Shown: positions 13,693-27,682, counted from the whole stretch's first letter. The stretch is 63,960 nt of DNA, filler included, from Reticulomyxa filosa (GCA_000512085.1; 19 parts of 19 records of this genome joined end to end with filler, not necessarily neighbours in it); one strand, 5' to 3'. Program-made: numbers and translations. The notes: generated by a model from the sequence alone, not told the origin.

Positions 13693-13792
13693 NNNNNNNN
13701 NNNNNNNNNNNNNNNNNNNNNNNNNNNNNNNNNNNNTTAATTAATTAANNNNNNNNNNNNNNNNNNNNNNNNNNNNNNNNNNNNNNNNNNNN

Positions 13793-14001
13793 ATTCCGAA
13801 ACCTGCTATTGATAACAAATTCGCAAACATCATTACCTCGTATGCAAGTCTTTCACTACGCCTACCTTTCCAAATTGCTATGGATGAGAACCTGTTCTCC
13901 ATGTGTTTTGTTAATTGCCAAGAATAGCCCACTCTCAACATTAGCAAGAATATTAGTATCATTATTGCGCTAATTAGCGGAAATAAAATCAGTGTAAGCA
14001 T
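13793..14001 (-). CDS. Hypothetical membrane protein, N-terminal fragment
   Basis: ATG-initiated ORF with a hydrophobic N-terminus, open to the contig edge; divergent from the 14231 gene. Confidence 0.4.
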
Positions 14002-14230
14002 TTTTCTTGAAGACTAAAATGATATTGAAGTGAGTTTTTGACAAAAAGGAACAAAATTTGATGTTAGGAAATTTGGTGTAAAAAGATGAATAGAATGTGT
14101 GTTTTTTTTAAAAGTAAAGTGTTTAATTATTCCTTTTTAAAAAAGAGCAACAAGGAGAAACTGTAAGTTTGAACTAAAAAAAGTTGAAGTCGAATTTCCT
14201 TCCTTTATAATAAAGTGCTAGTTGAAAAAA

Positions 14231-14997
14231 ATGTCTGAAGAAGGGCCAATGGCACTTGTAAAAAATGACACTAAAGAGGCCTTAAAAAAACAACTAGAGA
14301 AGAAGTTGGAACAACTATACAAACAGAGAAAAGAGATAATATCAAGGAACAGAGCCATAAATGAGCCAGGTGGAATAAACGAAAGACATAAGCAATTGCA
14401 AAATGAAATAACAGCTAAAAAAGGATCGATTACAAGTTTGAATGGAACGTACAACAGCGAATTGAATTCATTGCAATCAGTTTTTTTTACATATATTATC
14501 CTAATTTTTTTTACGAATACTAACTCTATAATGTATAGCCTCCATAAATAATAAAAATAGCTTTCAACAAAAATGGAAAAAATGATGAAACAAGGAAAAT
14601 GGAATAACAAAGAGATAAGTGAAAAAAAATGGGAACAAAAATGTGGAATAAAAAGCGGAAAGAAATCAAAGCTGTCAATTCCGTACACTCCACAAATGGA
14701 AGAACTATCCAAAAAAATTGAAAATACAATGAACGATGTTATATTGCCTACATTTGAGCAGAAATTATTTGTGATTGAAAAAACGCACAATAGCATTTGC
14801 ATTGGCTTCGAAGAACCAATCAACTCTCTCGCTTTCCGAGAATTGTCTTTGCAAAAACAAATGCCAGAGAAATGGATTGATGTTGTCTTGACAAAAGCCG
14901 ATAAAAAAGCCAAATCTCATTCTTTTCAATCGTTGCGATCGAATACTTCCTATTTATTTTGTGTCCCAAATCAGACTCCAATTTTGTGTCGAACAAG
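14231..14997 (+). CDS. Coiled-coil protein with a fibronectin type III-like domain (3' partial)
   Basis: Heptad-rich exon 1, intron at about 14480-14560, then KTHNSICIGF...W...SHSFQSLRSNTSYLFCV (FN3-like L-x-x-x-T-x-Y-x-F-x-V). Confidence 0.55.
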
Positions 14998-15567
14998 TTT
15001 ACTCTTTTTTTTTTAAAAAAAAAAAAGATATACATATATATATATGTATATATATATGTATATATATATGTNNNNNNNNNNNNNNNNNNNNNNNNNNNNN
15101 NNNNNNNNNNNNNNNTTAATTAATTAANNNNNNNNNNNNNNNNNNNNNNNNNNNNNNNNNNNNNNNNNNNNCTAGTCTTATCTGAACAAAGGCTTTTAAG
15201 TCGTAAAAGTACTTTTTATTGCAAACAAATGATTCTGCACTGTGTCAGACATCATGATTGATATCTGTTGTTTTGCACTGACTGTTTTTTTTTCATCTTT
15301 GTTGTTACAAAAAAAATTAAACAGATCCTTTCAAACGTTCTGGCTTTATATTTTTCTGCGGATGCACGAAAAAGGAGAACGAAAAAACAGAAACAAGTTC
15401 CGATCAATCGAAACTGTTTCAAAAAACGACACGCCTCAAAAAAAAGAAAGAAAAAAAAATAATAATAATCATCCTCTCCTTTTAACCTTGCCCAAACTTT
15501 TGCATTTTTGAAATAATTAAAAACAAACCAATCAAATCAAACCAAAACACACACTTCAACCTTCAAA

Positions 15568-16410
15568 CTAAAACAGTGGATATATTCCTCTTGGTGGCTC
15601 AATATCTCCTAAAATTCCAACCATTTGATTTTTCAAAGTAAACTTGATACTTCCAGGTGGTTCCATCCATGCCTCTCCATCGACTTGAATTGGAATTTGC
15701 TTTGTAAATGTAATCTCGATCTCTCTGGCTTGCGCTAGCCGGCGATAATGGGACATCCCCAATTTCATTTGCAAATATTTATATAAGCCTTTACTCGCCA
15801 TTACTTCTAGCAAACCATCACCCAAGCTGGGTTCACTGTACGTTTGCAAGTCTTTTTGTGTTGATGCAGCCGATCCCCTTTTATATATATATATTTGTTT
15901 GACAAAAAACAAAACCGTTAAAAAAAAAAAAAAAAAGTGCATAAATATACATAATACAAGTATAAATGCATAAAAATAAATACCAAAAATTGACACCATC
16001 AGCCATGCTACTGAGATTCGACACGACAATGCTTTTGCAAACACGAGGCAGCTTGATCACTCTGCCATCGACACGAAGTGTAGCAAAAGTATTCAACACT
16101 TGGGCTTCTTCAAACACGGTGACGCCTCCGGCCATTACATATTGCAACTTGTTTTTCCAAGGTTTGTTGAGTTTATTTGGGGCCTGTGATCGAGCCTCTT
16201 GGAACTTCAAAGTGATTTGGGCAGTGTATCCAATACTAAAATAGCAAAGCATTTCAGACATCTGCTTTTGTTCAACCTTCCCTTCCGCGTTGCGAAAGGT
16301 AATACTCCATCGGTCAATCCGAGTTAGACGACGATTCGATTTCATTAAATTTTTAAGGACTTTGGGGACCCTGCGGCTTCCTGGATAGATGTGTCCCATT
16401 CCAATACATC
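15568..16410 (-). CDS. Diacylglycerol kinase, accessory/C-terminal catalytic region (5' partial)
   Basis: IDRWSI, YFSIG, KF-x-EAR...NKLQY, SIVVSNLSSMADGVNFW, DGLLEV, RRLAQ, IPIQVDGEAWMEPP; intron at about 15879-15985. Confidence 0.9.
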
Positions 16411-16463
16411 TAATTGAGGATAGTCACAAATGGTAATAATAAAAAGCACATATATTCATTATT

Positions 16464-16500
<37 letters not shown>

Positions 16501-17055
16501 TGTGGTCCATATGTAAAAAGTAGTATGAATGGACCACCTNNNNNNNNNNNNNNNNNNNNNNNNNNNNNNNNNNNNNNNNNNNNTTAATTAATTAANNNNN
16601 NNNNNNNNNNNNNNNNNNNNNNNNNNNNNNNNNNNNNNNTTCATGGAGAAAATCGATTCTCTTCATATAGTGCCATTTAGGTATGTCAGTTTTTTTTGCA
16701 ATATACTGTATTTATTTATAAATTGTACAAACTTCAACTTTGTAAGAATATACAATAAAATTTAAATAAATATTAAATAAACATATAAAAAAAAACATTA
16801 TATCAAATATAAAAAATAAATTGGAAAAAATATAATTAAAATATTATCGTGTCGCTTAACATAGTTTATTATTTTTTTTCTTTTAAATTGGCGATCGACT
16901 GCATTCGTTTTATTGTTGAAGTTGTTTTTTTTAAGATTTTTTTTAAAGACGAAAAATGTTTTTTAAAATTTAAAATTATTAACTTTTGTTATTTGACAAA
17001 TTTTTTTGTATGAAATTTTGTGAAAGTTTTGTGTTGTGACAATTTTTTTGCGGTT

Positions 17056-18180
17056 TTAGTATGTTGCTATAAATCCAATTCCTTCTTGCCATTTTGGGTC
17101 AATTGTGTCGTTATTTAATACTATTGTTAAGATATATTTTCCTGGTGGTATGTCATGAATATGGCAACCAATCTTTTGTTGTGTGTCTGAAACACATCGT
17201 GTTGTGATATCAGTATGTCTGTTAAACCAAAATGTGCTGTTTTGTGATTTGCGTGGTACATTTAAGGGTGTTAGGAATGCACTGTAAGACGATGAAGGGC
17301 CAAATCGGTGAGCATTTAATCCAGAGTATAATACCAGTGAGTTATTTCCATTGGCCGGTACTTTAATTCCAATGAGTAATGCATGATTTTTTCCTTTGAG
17401 ATATTGTGCAAGTGTTGGTTGTGATGATGATTCGTTAGCAGAAACGAAGTTCTGATAGTTATTCAATAGTCGCATGTAGACAGTATCGTTTGGACGAAAG
17501 ACAAATCTGCATATGTTTATATTGTTACCCTATCCAATAGTTAATTTAACACTTTTTCCATTAATTTTTTTTTAAGAGATCAATGTATTAAACTTATGAT
17601 CTATGGGTCCTTGTCCTCCAATTTTGTCATCAAGCCAAGATTCTTGGTCGTCATTCCATCCTTCTTTGTACCATCCTTCACTATGCATATTTGAATGATG
17701 GAGTGTGTGCACAAAAAAAAAAAAGCAAAGAGAGAAATTCCATTGTGTTGAAAGGAAAATACCCTAGACAAAAACAACGGAAAAAAGACCTGGTCAAATT
17801 TACATTTAAGATATAATCGTCCAAACGAAAACCGAGATTCCATTCCATAGGATGAAATGAAGTTAAACTAAATGGGACAGTGGCACAATAAGGCCAGCAG
17901 TATTGAGGGAATGGGAACAGTGATTGGTCACGTTGATAAAAGGGTGTCATCCAATTTCCTGATTTTTCCTTTAAAAACGCGTCTAGTCGATCATTGGCCT
18001 CATCTACATCACACCACAAAAAAAAAAGATATGGGTAAGCTCTTCAAGCCTGGATATGTTCATATATGTACACATACGTATATGTATATGTATATGTATA
18101 TGTTTGCTTTACCATTTGCCCTCATTTCACAAACATACATTTCTGATTGTATTGCGTTGGAACCGAAAGGGTTTGAATTC
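17056..18180 (-). CDS. Hypothetical multi-exon protein, C-terminal part
   Basis: Chain of open exons (17681-18019, about 17604-17680, 17056-17530) separated by AT-rich introns; no family recognised. Confidence 0.5.
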
Positions 18181-20518
18181 CGGGTTTTTAAANNNNNNNN
18201 NNNNNNNNNNNNNNNNNNNNNNNNNNNNNNNNNNNNTTAATTAATTAANNNNNNNNNNNNNNNNNNNNNNNNNNNNNNNNNNNNNNNNNNNNTTTTTTTT
18301 TTTGCTGCAAGTTTGACTTGTAAGCATCTCTTCTGTAAAAAACAGGAACCTTAAAGCCTTTGAATGACATGTACTGACATTGTGATTGAAGTGGTTTTTT
18401 TTTATATGATTGATTGTTGTCAAACTATTGTGCACTGCCAATCAATAAACATAACCGTGTTTTTTTTTCCATCATTGTTTTGATGCAGGTTTTTTGTAGT
18501 AATCTTTTTTTTTTTTGGAATTTTTCTTGTTTGTTTGTTGTTTTATTGTTTTGTTTTGTTCATTTTTTTTTTCGTGGAAAAAGGCAAAATCAAAGTTTTT
18601 GCCTGCTTGGTGTGCAACGTAAACGAATGAAAATCAACACAAAATTCAGTAAAAAGTGAGTATACTTTGATCCTGCGGATTTCTTTTTCCTTGGCTTATC
18701 CCCTTTCGTTGATTTCATTTTGTTTTCTTTTGCTTCTGGTGACCGCGATGCTCGCCTTTTTGGATTTTGGGAAGGATGTTGTTGTGATGTTGCTTCCTAG
18801 TTTTTGCACAGTATTTGTTTTTTTTCGAGTTTGGATGCTATATCATTGATTTTTGAGCAATGTTGCCTTTTTCCCCTTCGTGATATTCTTCATCGGCTGG
18901 GACATATTATGACCACAAATTCTCTAGTTTTTTAAAATGGCTCAGCTTTAGCAGTGTGCACGTCATGCAAGATGTTAATATGAAACGCAACATGCTAAAA
19001 TATTTCAAGTCCAAAATGTTGCACACACGAACAACATTAGTCTGTGTATTAATGCGATGAAAACATAGGGAGGATACCGACGTACTCTTTGACGGTTCAT
19101 TGTTGTACGACAACTAACAACACGATGATCATTCTGGATTGCAAAGGAAGTGTACAATTATTTATTTATTAGTTGAGTAAGGTAGAGGAAAGTAATAATA
19201 CATCAAAGTAATGTGAATTATTGGGTATTTTTACAACAAATGTTGCAATTCAAAGTATTTTCGCAATACTATCCCAAATAAAGCACAAACTTCACAATAG
19301 TGAAAAGCACGTCTGCAACGACTTCTAGTGTTGCCAAGTCGGCAATAAAACATAAAAATCACATATGTAGGGATTTACTGCGTAAGTTGTCTGTGTCTTC
19401 GTTCAAGAAACTGACTTTGCTTCCCAAAACTGGCAAAAAGAAAATACATATTTTCACTCGTATTCATACTTTGGTTTTTGGAACTGTTTTTGATGAATCA
19501 ACATTTCATTGGCCAATTAAAACCAACATTTTTTTGCAGACCAATTTGTAATATGCACATAAAAAAATATTAATTATGATTTTGTCAAAAATGTATGCAA
19601 TGGCAGAATTTCCATCAGAGAGAAGCAATTTTAGAGAACAGCCAATACGATTGCTGATAAATATTCACTACTTGCAGTGAATAGTAATGATATGTTCTGG
19701 ATGAAGGAATAAGATGTCTTACATTTCTACAATTGAAAGAAAAACAATTGCAAGTGTGCCTGTAGCATTAATTTGTGTTATGGTATAGATAATGGTTTTA
19801 TTCATATACAAAATATTTTTTGATAAGCTGGGCGAATCAACATTATGTATTTTAAAAAATTCTCTTTTTAATATTAATATTTCAATTTAAATAAGCGAGA
19901 CAAAATAATAATTAAGTTGAAGTATAAACAATTTACCTTTTCCACACATAACTTTCAATCTTGATATATTTGTTTTGTTATGCTCCTTTTTAATAAATTT
20001 GATTAATGAAAAAATAATTTGCTTAACTAAATATATTACAAGTTAGGTATTCGAAAAAATTTTTATCAAGAATTTTTAATGCTTCTATTAATATCAATGA
20101 TAAACAGACACAGAACACTTCCAAAACCAAATGATAATTGAAGTCGGTGTTCCGTGAAGTCTTGAGGCATGCACGTCTACTCCAAAACGGGACAAAATCC
20201 ATTTAAATGATCTAATTACAATTATTTTTTAGATGGACATTTACATGGCATTCATTAAAAAAAAAGTAATTCCATCTGCTTGGTCATGATATAACACAAT
20301 TTTACTTTTTGTAAAGGATGCAAAAATCGAAAATACAATAAATAAGAACTCTATAATGAATTTTTATTGCAAAGGTTACTTAAATATTTTTACACGTAAC
20401 TTGTAATAATTTGCATGAACTGACTCTTTTCTTAAAGGATTCTTGCCAACCCTTTCAATTTTTTTTTTAAATCTCACATCATCAAAAACAAAGCAAGAAA
20501 AAGCAAAGAACGGAAAGA

Positions 20519-21862
20519 ATGACTACTATTATTAATGAAAAACAGACCTTAATGCAACTAGCATTGGTAAACTTCATTTCAACTGTTCAAAAAAAAGCTA
20601 ATGGTCTTTAAACTTTGTTTTATTTATTGTTGAATCAGTTAGAAGAAGAAATCCACGTCATTATTAAATATTGGATTCGAATATTAAAGATCAAATTAGG
20701 ATGGATCCATGATTTTGACAAACTTGTTGTCAATTATGTTAGGTTTTTTTTGTTCAATGATAAACAAATATTTATATACATATATATTTATATTCACTAT
20801 TTGAGATAGGTAAATATAGCATTCCTATTTAATACATTTAGCCTAGCATCTAAATTAATTAAAACTTTCAGTGGACATACAAAAAGTGTATTGAGTATTG
20901 ATTGTTCAACATTTGATGGTAATCAATTTATTTGTTCAGGATCATTAGATAAAACAATTCGTATATGGGATATTGAAAAAAATGAACAAATTCAATCATC
21001 AAATGAATATCCAGATCCTGTGATATGTGTGAAATTTTCATTATATCATAATAATAATAATAATTGTAGTGTGATTTGTTTTTCATCAGCTAATAAAACA
21101 ATTCGTTTTTGGGATTTTAAAAATAATAAACAATTACAAATATTTAATGGACACACAAATTGGGTTTTTGAAATTAAATTTTCATCATTTAGTGGTGGTA
21201 GATATTTATGTTCTGGATCTAGTGATAAAACAATTCGTTTATGGGATATTGAAACATCAAAATCATTAAATATTTTTAATGGTCATACAAAAAATGTTAA
21301 ATGTATAGATATTTCACCATTACGAAACAATGATAACAGTAATAATATTGGTATAATTGGTGGTAATGGATATACAATTTGTTCTGGATCATGGGATACA
21401 ACTATTCGAATATGGGATATTGAAACAACCAAACAATTAAATATATATAAAGGACATAGTAATTGGATTAATAGTGTAAAATATGGATCAAATGAATTAA
21501 TGAATACAATATTATCTGGATCTGTTGACAAAAGTATTCGTTTATGGGATATCCGATCTGGTGGACAAATTCAAGTATTTAATGGACATACACACGCTAT
21601 AGAGACAGTTGAATATTCACCATTTGTAGTAAAGAATAATAGTGATGTTGTTGGTGGTAATTCAAATGTGATATGTTCAGGATCAGATGATAATACAATT
21701 CGATTTTGGGATATTCGATCAAATAAAAAGGAATTATATGCAATTTATGGAAATGAAAAGGAGTATATGTTTTGTCTTAAATTTATACAATTAAAAAAAA
21801 GCAGTTATGATTTGTGTTATGGTGCAAGTACTGGTATCATTCGTATTTGGGGATTGAATTAA
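20519..21862 (+). CDS. WD40-repeat protein of an expanded lineage-specific family (3 exons)
   Basis: Short exon MTTIINEKQTLMQLAL, exon EEEIHVIIKYWIRILKIKLGWIHDFDKLVVNY, then about 7 WD40 repeats (GH...ICSGSxDKTIRxWD). Confidence 0.92.
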
Positions 21863-23059
21863 ATCAAGCAATTTTCCCCCCAATAAAACAATAAATATAA
21901 TATATTTCAAATATTTCTTTTTAAGATTTTATGTAAATTTGATTCATAAATTAATTATCAGAAGAGATAAAATTTGTAAATTATTCATTTATAAAAGATT
22001 TCAATATTTACTTAAAAAAATATTTAATGAAAAGATATGCGAACATACAAAAAAATTTATTTATATGTGCTCATCCCCAAATATGAATTGGACAAATATG
22101 AATAAAAAAAAATTTGGTCTTTATCTTCATCAATTGTATTTAATTCAAAATTCTTTTTAGTGAAAAATATGATACTCTCTTTATGTTTTCATATTTAATG
22201 TAATCATATATTTTATTACATAAAAGAAATTGGATAGTAAAATAATATTTGTCTAGATAAAACATAATTAAAATTCATTTTATTTATTTCTTGTTTTGCA
22301 GGATAACAAAACAGTTTTATTCTTTTCTCTCACCTTATTTTTAAGTATCACCATTCGTGGATAAACAAAGCTTCTGATGACAACACTAAAAATGTCTTAT
22401 CATAAATTTTTTGAGGGATTGTTATGTTGCTGAATAGCATAACAAAAAGATTAGCAAATACATATTTGAGTGTAACTTAGTCATTATTAAGTCGAGAAAT
22501 ATAGTATTTTTGCAATTAAAAAAAGATGATTTACTACAGTTTTTTTTTGATTAAACTCTATGCACGATATAAAGACCTTTTCTTTATTAAAAAAAATTTA
22601 GCCATTGGGGGAGGGGGGCGAATCCAAAAAAAAATAATTTGGAAATAGTCTAAAAAATCTTTGATTTCGTACATGCGTTTTTATCTGTTTTTACAAAAAA
22701 GAATCATAAACACAGTTCCACCAAATAAGCTTACAAAACGTCTACAGTAGGTTGCAAAGAAAACTGAACGCCTAAAATGATATAATATGATGATAATTGA
22801 TTTTCTCAATGAAAGATCAACATTTAGACCTAATTTTTTTTTATTTTAAAAAAAAATATCTACAAATATTGTAGTTTTTAAATATGAAATTGGTTTCTTA
22901 ANNNNNNNNNNNNNNNNNNNNNNNNNNNNNNNNNNNNNNNNNNNNTTAATTAATTAANNNNNNNNNNNNNNNNNNNNNNNNNNNNNNNNNNNNNNNNNNN
23001 NTTCTAAAGATCATCGTATGGATGGATACAAGCATCTAGTTCAACCGGTTCTCCTCCTG

Positions 23060-23560
23060 TGTTGCGGTCCGTTGATGTGCTCATTCCTGAAGTTCTTCAT
23101 TACCCTTTGGTCCTGTGGATGTGTTCCTGTGGTTGCGTTTAGGTTGGTATGTTTCTGTGGATGTTCCTGTGATTGCGTTCCTGTTGGTGTGTTCTTGTGG
23201 GTATGTTCCTGTGTTTGTGTTCCTGTGAGTATGCTCCTGTGGATAAGTTTCTGTGGTTTCTTCGTGGAATCTTTCCTTCATGTGCTCCAGATTTTTTTGT
23301 CTGGAAGCCCTTTTGTTATATTATGCTCTATCTGTAACTGCTGTTACTGTAATAACGACCATTGGACACATAAGAGAGTCAGAAGAATTTTTCTTTTTAT
23401 TGCAAGCTCTGACATAGTGACTCCAATGGTCTGGGATTGGATATCTTGGAGTTATTGCCTCCAAACTTCAATCACGTGTAAGAGATATTGCATTTGGCGA
23501 GCATATCAGTTAGTGCAAGTGATTGTTCGTATGGAAAATGGCTTTGAAATTTGTTGTAAA
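23060..23560 (-). mobile_element. Possible decayed non-LTR retrotransposon ORF1 (zinc-knuckle) remnant with short internal repeats
   Basis: Minus-strand fragments TITCTN*Y, LAKCNISYT*LKFGGN and RACNKKKNSSDSLMCP resemble three CCHC knuckles broken by stops and frameshifts, followed by TYPQEHT(H/N)RN repeats. Confidence 0.35.
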
Positions 23561-24287
23561 CAGCTTGCGATAAAATATCTTAGTGATAGCACGAACGCTA
23601 TTCAAGACAATGTTGGAATATAAAGTGTTGCAAAGAAAGTCTTTTGACGATCTGTTGTTAGCTACAGAAAAAGGCGAATCTCTGGACTTGTACGTAACGA
23701 TGTGGACCTATTAGGCTGAGAGAATAATTACTTTTTTATTCCGATGCTCCAAAAAAAAAAAAATAAATGAACTGATAGTCTCCAAAGATGAAGTGCTGTG
23801 AATGATTAATCTTTTCACGTGTATTTGATTTGAAATATTGGTCCAAAGCAAAGATAATACGAATGGACGTATCGATGATATCCATTTGCTTCTAGGCGGG
23901 ATGATGCGTGCAAATGGGAATCATTTTGAGCCATTATTACAATTTTTATCAAAACGAATAACGATAACTAAGCTAGTCGTCCAAATTCTATATTTTAATT
24001 TGCTCATCTCATCATCGCAACATGTCAAAAAAAAAACAAAAACTTTTAGTCGTTTTTTGTAGTGTATGTCCATGTATGATTTTCCAAATTTTAAGGTTCT
24101 TTTTTGAATTAAAATTTGTTCTCGACATGGTCAAATAATTTGTACTCCTGTCTTTTGCAAAAAAAATAAATTAATCTAGTTTGATTTTTTAAAATAATCA
24201 TTCTTCCCTTCAAATTAAGATACAACAATATTAAAAGAGCTATACTATCTTTAGATAAGAAAATAGCAAATTAAAAACACAGAAATT

Positions 24288-24756
24288 TGAGCAAATAGCT
24301 TTATTATTGGAAGATTGGCTTCGATCTTCATCAATTAAAAGAGGTGGATTTATGATTTTAATAATATCATCTCTAAATATGTTTTTTTTTTTGTAAATCC
24401 AATTAAAAATGGATTGTGTTTGATTAATTATCTAATATCCAACTTTAAGCTAAAACATTTACATTGTTGAAAAGTTTGCAAGGACATTATGCAGAAGTAA
24501 GGTGCGTTAGATTTTCAGCAGACGATAGTAAAATTGTTTCGTCATCAGACGATAAAACAATTCGCATATGGGACGTTGCATCTGGAAAATAAATTCAAAG
24601 TTTCAGAGGACAGTGCTTTTATCTTTTCTGCAAAATTTTCACCAGATGGAAATACTATTATTGTTCTCGTGTTCTTATGATAAAACTGTATTCGGTTGTG
24701 TGACGTAAGACCAGGAAGGAAAATAACGCAATTAAAGGGAATAAATTTTGATTGGT
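24288..24756 (+). pseudogene. WD40-repeat pseudogene
   Basis: EQIALLLEDWLRSSSIKRG../IYDFNNIISKY exon (frameshifted), then LQGHYAEVRCVRFSADDSKIVSSSDDKTIRIWDVASGK*IQ and SAKFSPDGNTI, with in-frame stops and frameshifts. Confidence 0.85.
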
Positions 24757-25141
24757 GAAGAAGCACAGTTACACCTTTTAATGTAAATCTTTTCTATGGT
24801 GCAACAACTCGTAGACATATAAGTAGCGCTGGGGACAAAAAAACGTTCAGTTTTTAAACATGTACAACGCTCTTTATTATTTTTTTGTAAAGGGGCAAAT
24901 TTCAATGCTTTGAGATTAACATTTATTTTTTTTTATGTTATATTGAAATGGCAATACGCTTTACTTTATTCAGGGCTTGTTTCTGCAGATGTTAACTTTG
25001 AAGTTTTTGTCGCAAAGAGAAAACAAACAAGTAATTTTTTTNNNNNNNNNNNNNNNNNNNNNNNNNNNNNNNNNNNNNNNNNNNNTTAATTAATTAANNN
25101 NNNNNNNNNNNNNNNNNNNNNNNNNNNNNNNNNNNNNNNNN

Positions 25142-25179
<38 letters not shown>

Positions 25180-27180
25180 CAATGTGTTTGAACGACCCAA
25201 TAATCCATCAATAACTCTAAAGACTGGACTTGTGATGAGCGATGCGAATAGAACGACTCGTGCGACGAGCAACGGCAGTGGTGGCTCCCCTGTGAGCGTC
25301 GCTTCGTCAGGCTTTACGTACAACATCCAGCAAGCGGAGCCGAGCTATCGACGCTACTTTGCCATGTGCAAGTCATTGGACGTGCCTTTATTTGTCGTCC
25401 TGTCCAAGTGCGACGACACCAAGTATCAGCATCGCATCCCCGAGTTGCTGTCGAGGCTGTCCGAAATCATCCGAAAAGAGACGGCTGGACAAATGAGGAC
25501 TCATCACGTTCTCACCCCAAACGAAAGTTGCACCGCTGCACGTGCCATGCAGGCAAATGAAGTTGTCCCCGTTTTTGTCTGCAGCTCTGTCACGGGCTAT
25601 GGTATTTATATACGTATATACATATACATATATGTACATGTATATGTATATGTATATGTATATATATATGTATGTACATATATTTATGTGTATAATATGA
25701 CACATTTGAATAAACTTATGTTATTCAATCCAATAGGTCTTGCTACTCTCAAGACGTTTTTGTTTTCATTATCAAGGGAACAGCATTGGAACAGTGCTAC
25801 ACACCAGGTAACTTCAAAACAATGTTTATTATTATTATTATTATTGTTTTACATAATCTTGTTTGGGATGACATAGCCTGCAGAGTTTGCGATCGATCAC
25901 ACAATCGAAGTCGCTGGCGTAGGTGTGATTGTCGGTGGAATAGTCCGCAAAGGTGCAATTCACTCGGGACAGACCTTGCTATTGGGACCCATGCCACTCT
26001 CCTCAGCCTCGCCTGCTTCCATCTCCGTGTCAGCGTCATCCTCAATGTCCCTGCCAATGCCAATGCCAATGCCAATACCAATATCAGCATCCAAAGAAGA
26101 GAAGGAACGAGATGACAATAGCAATGACAATGATAATAACAATGATAATAACAATGATAATAACAATGATAATGATGATGATGATGGTAATGGCAATGGA
26201 CATGACGGTGATGAGGACGAAGACGGTTATGAAAATAGATTCGAGCGCGTAACAGTGCAGTCCATTCACGTTCGTCGACGGCATTCGTTTGTTGCGTATG
26301 CGGGCCAATTAGCGACCTTCCATTTGACCGAGGTCAACAGCTTGCTGCAGGTGCGTCGGGGCATGGTACTGCTTGCCCCTTGCTTGCAGCCAAAGATTTG
26401 CTTTGCGTTTGAAGCCGAGTTAATCGTGCTTTACAACTGCCAAATCCATACCCACTCGCAACCCATCGTCCATATCGACAGCATTCGACAAGAGGCACAT
26501 ATCCTCAAATTGAAACCGAACACTTGCTTGCGCGGAGGTGAGCGTGGCATTGCCATGTTCGCTTTCCTTCATCGCTGCGAATATGTTCAGTGCGGACAAC
26601 GGGTCATTGTTCGCAATGCCGTTGATGTTGTCGCGGTTGGTCGAGTCACTAACATTATTCATTCGTTCAAACATCCCTTTTGTCATCCCAAGCTTTACAG
26701 AGATAAAAAAGTCAAATCTGCTTTTCATTCTAAAACGGTATTTTTATTTTTTTTTTATGTGTTCAAATTTTCTATAAACAATGCTTTGCATACATGCAAT
26801 ATGTATATACATATTTCGTCACACAGAGGAACACGCATGTTCAAAGTCCAAATGTAGCTTGCACACTCAAACCGTCCATTGGCAAGAATAAGCTGTCAAA
26901 GTCCTCTTTACCATTGAATTTCGGAAGTAGTGACGCTGATGATGAAAGCAGAGAACCGTCGGATGTTATTGCAAAACAAGACAGGACATTGTCCTTCCCT
27001 TCTCCCATGCTTTGCCCGAAGAAAAAAAAGATCGACAAGCTTTGCGGAGAAAAGAAAATCTCGTGCAAACAACTTGCCCAAGAAAAACCCGCTTCTACTG
27101 TTTTGAATATTTTGTCAGAAGATAGATACACCAACCATGATAGAACGCCCACCGTTGCCGCACTAGAGAAGCATCCTTGA
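25142..27180 (+). CDS. GTPBP1/GTPBP2-like translational GTPase (5' partial)
   Basis: LDVPLFVVLSKCD (G4), VVPVFVCSSVTGYG (G5), domain II IEVAGVGVIVGGIVRKG..GQTLLLGP and VQSIHVRR..AGQLATF, RRGMVLL, domain III FEAELIVL...PIVHIDSIRQEA. Confidence 0.85.
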
Positions 27181-27682
27181 ATGAAACAAATTTAAAACAA
27201 AAAAATAAATTAAAAAAAAAAGAGGTGTTTGAAAAATATCATACAAAATGTCGCCTTCAAAACAATTTGTGAGTGTTAGAGAGCGTTCACTACCATTTTT
27301 AAACAAAAATGATAATACATTGAACACAAATCTGGTAACACATGTGCCTTTGCTATGTTGATGATTTCTGTAACCAAAACTGGGTGTTCACATTGGTTGT
27401 GACAAACTGATTATGGCATCTCAAATCTCTAATTGCAGTGCACTTTTTGTAGTAATTTTTTGCCTAAAAACTCTATCAAATAAAACTATTTTTTTTTTTT
27501 TTTGCAATAAGTTGATGAGCTTTTTGTTTTTATTTGTAACAAGGATCCATCTACCCCACTTCAAACTTTATGACCATCAAACACTTATCCTGTTCAGCAA
27601 TAGTCAAATACAAGCATAGGAGTGTCCTCCTGAAACACACATAAACAAAAACAACCCAAATCAAAAAAAACAGACAATATGA

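Noticed and set aside
18600-19113. Lys-rich minus-strand reading as a gene
   Set aside because: Multiple stops and low complexity; at most an unidentifiable decayed fragment.
23018-23623. 201-aa Cys/Val-rich + strand ORF as a membrane protein
   Set aside because: It is the antisense reading of short minus-strand repeats (gttcctgtg units) and has no recognisable domain.
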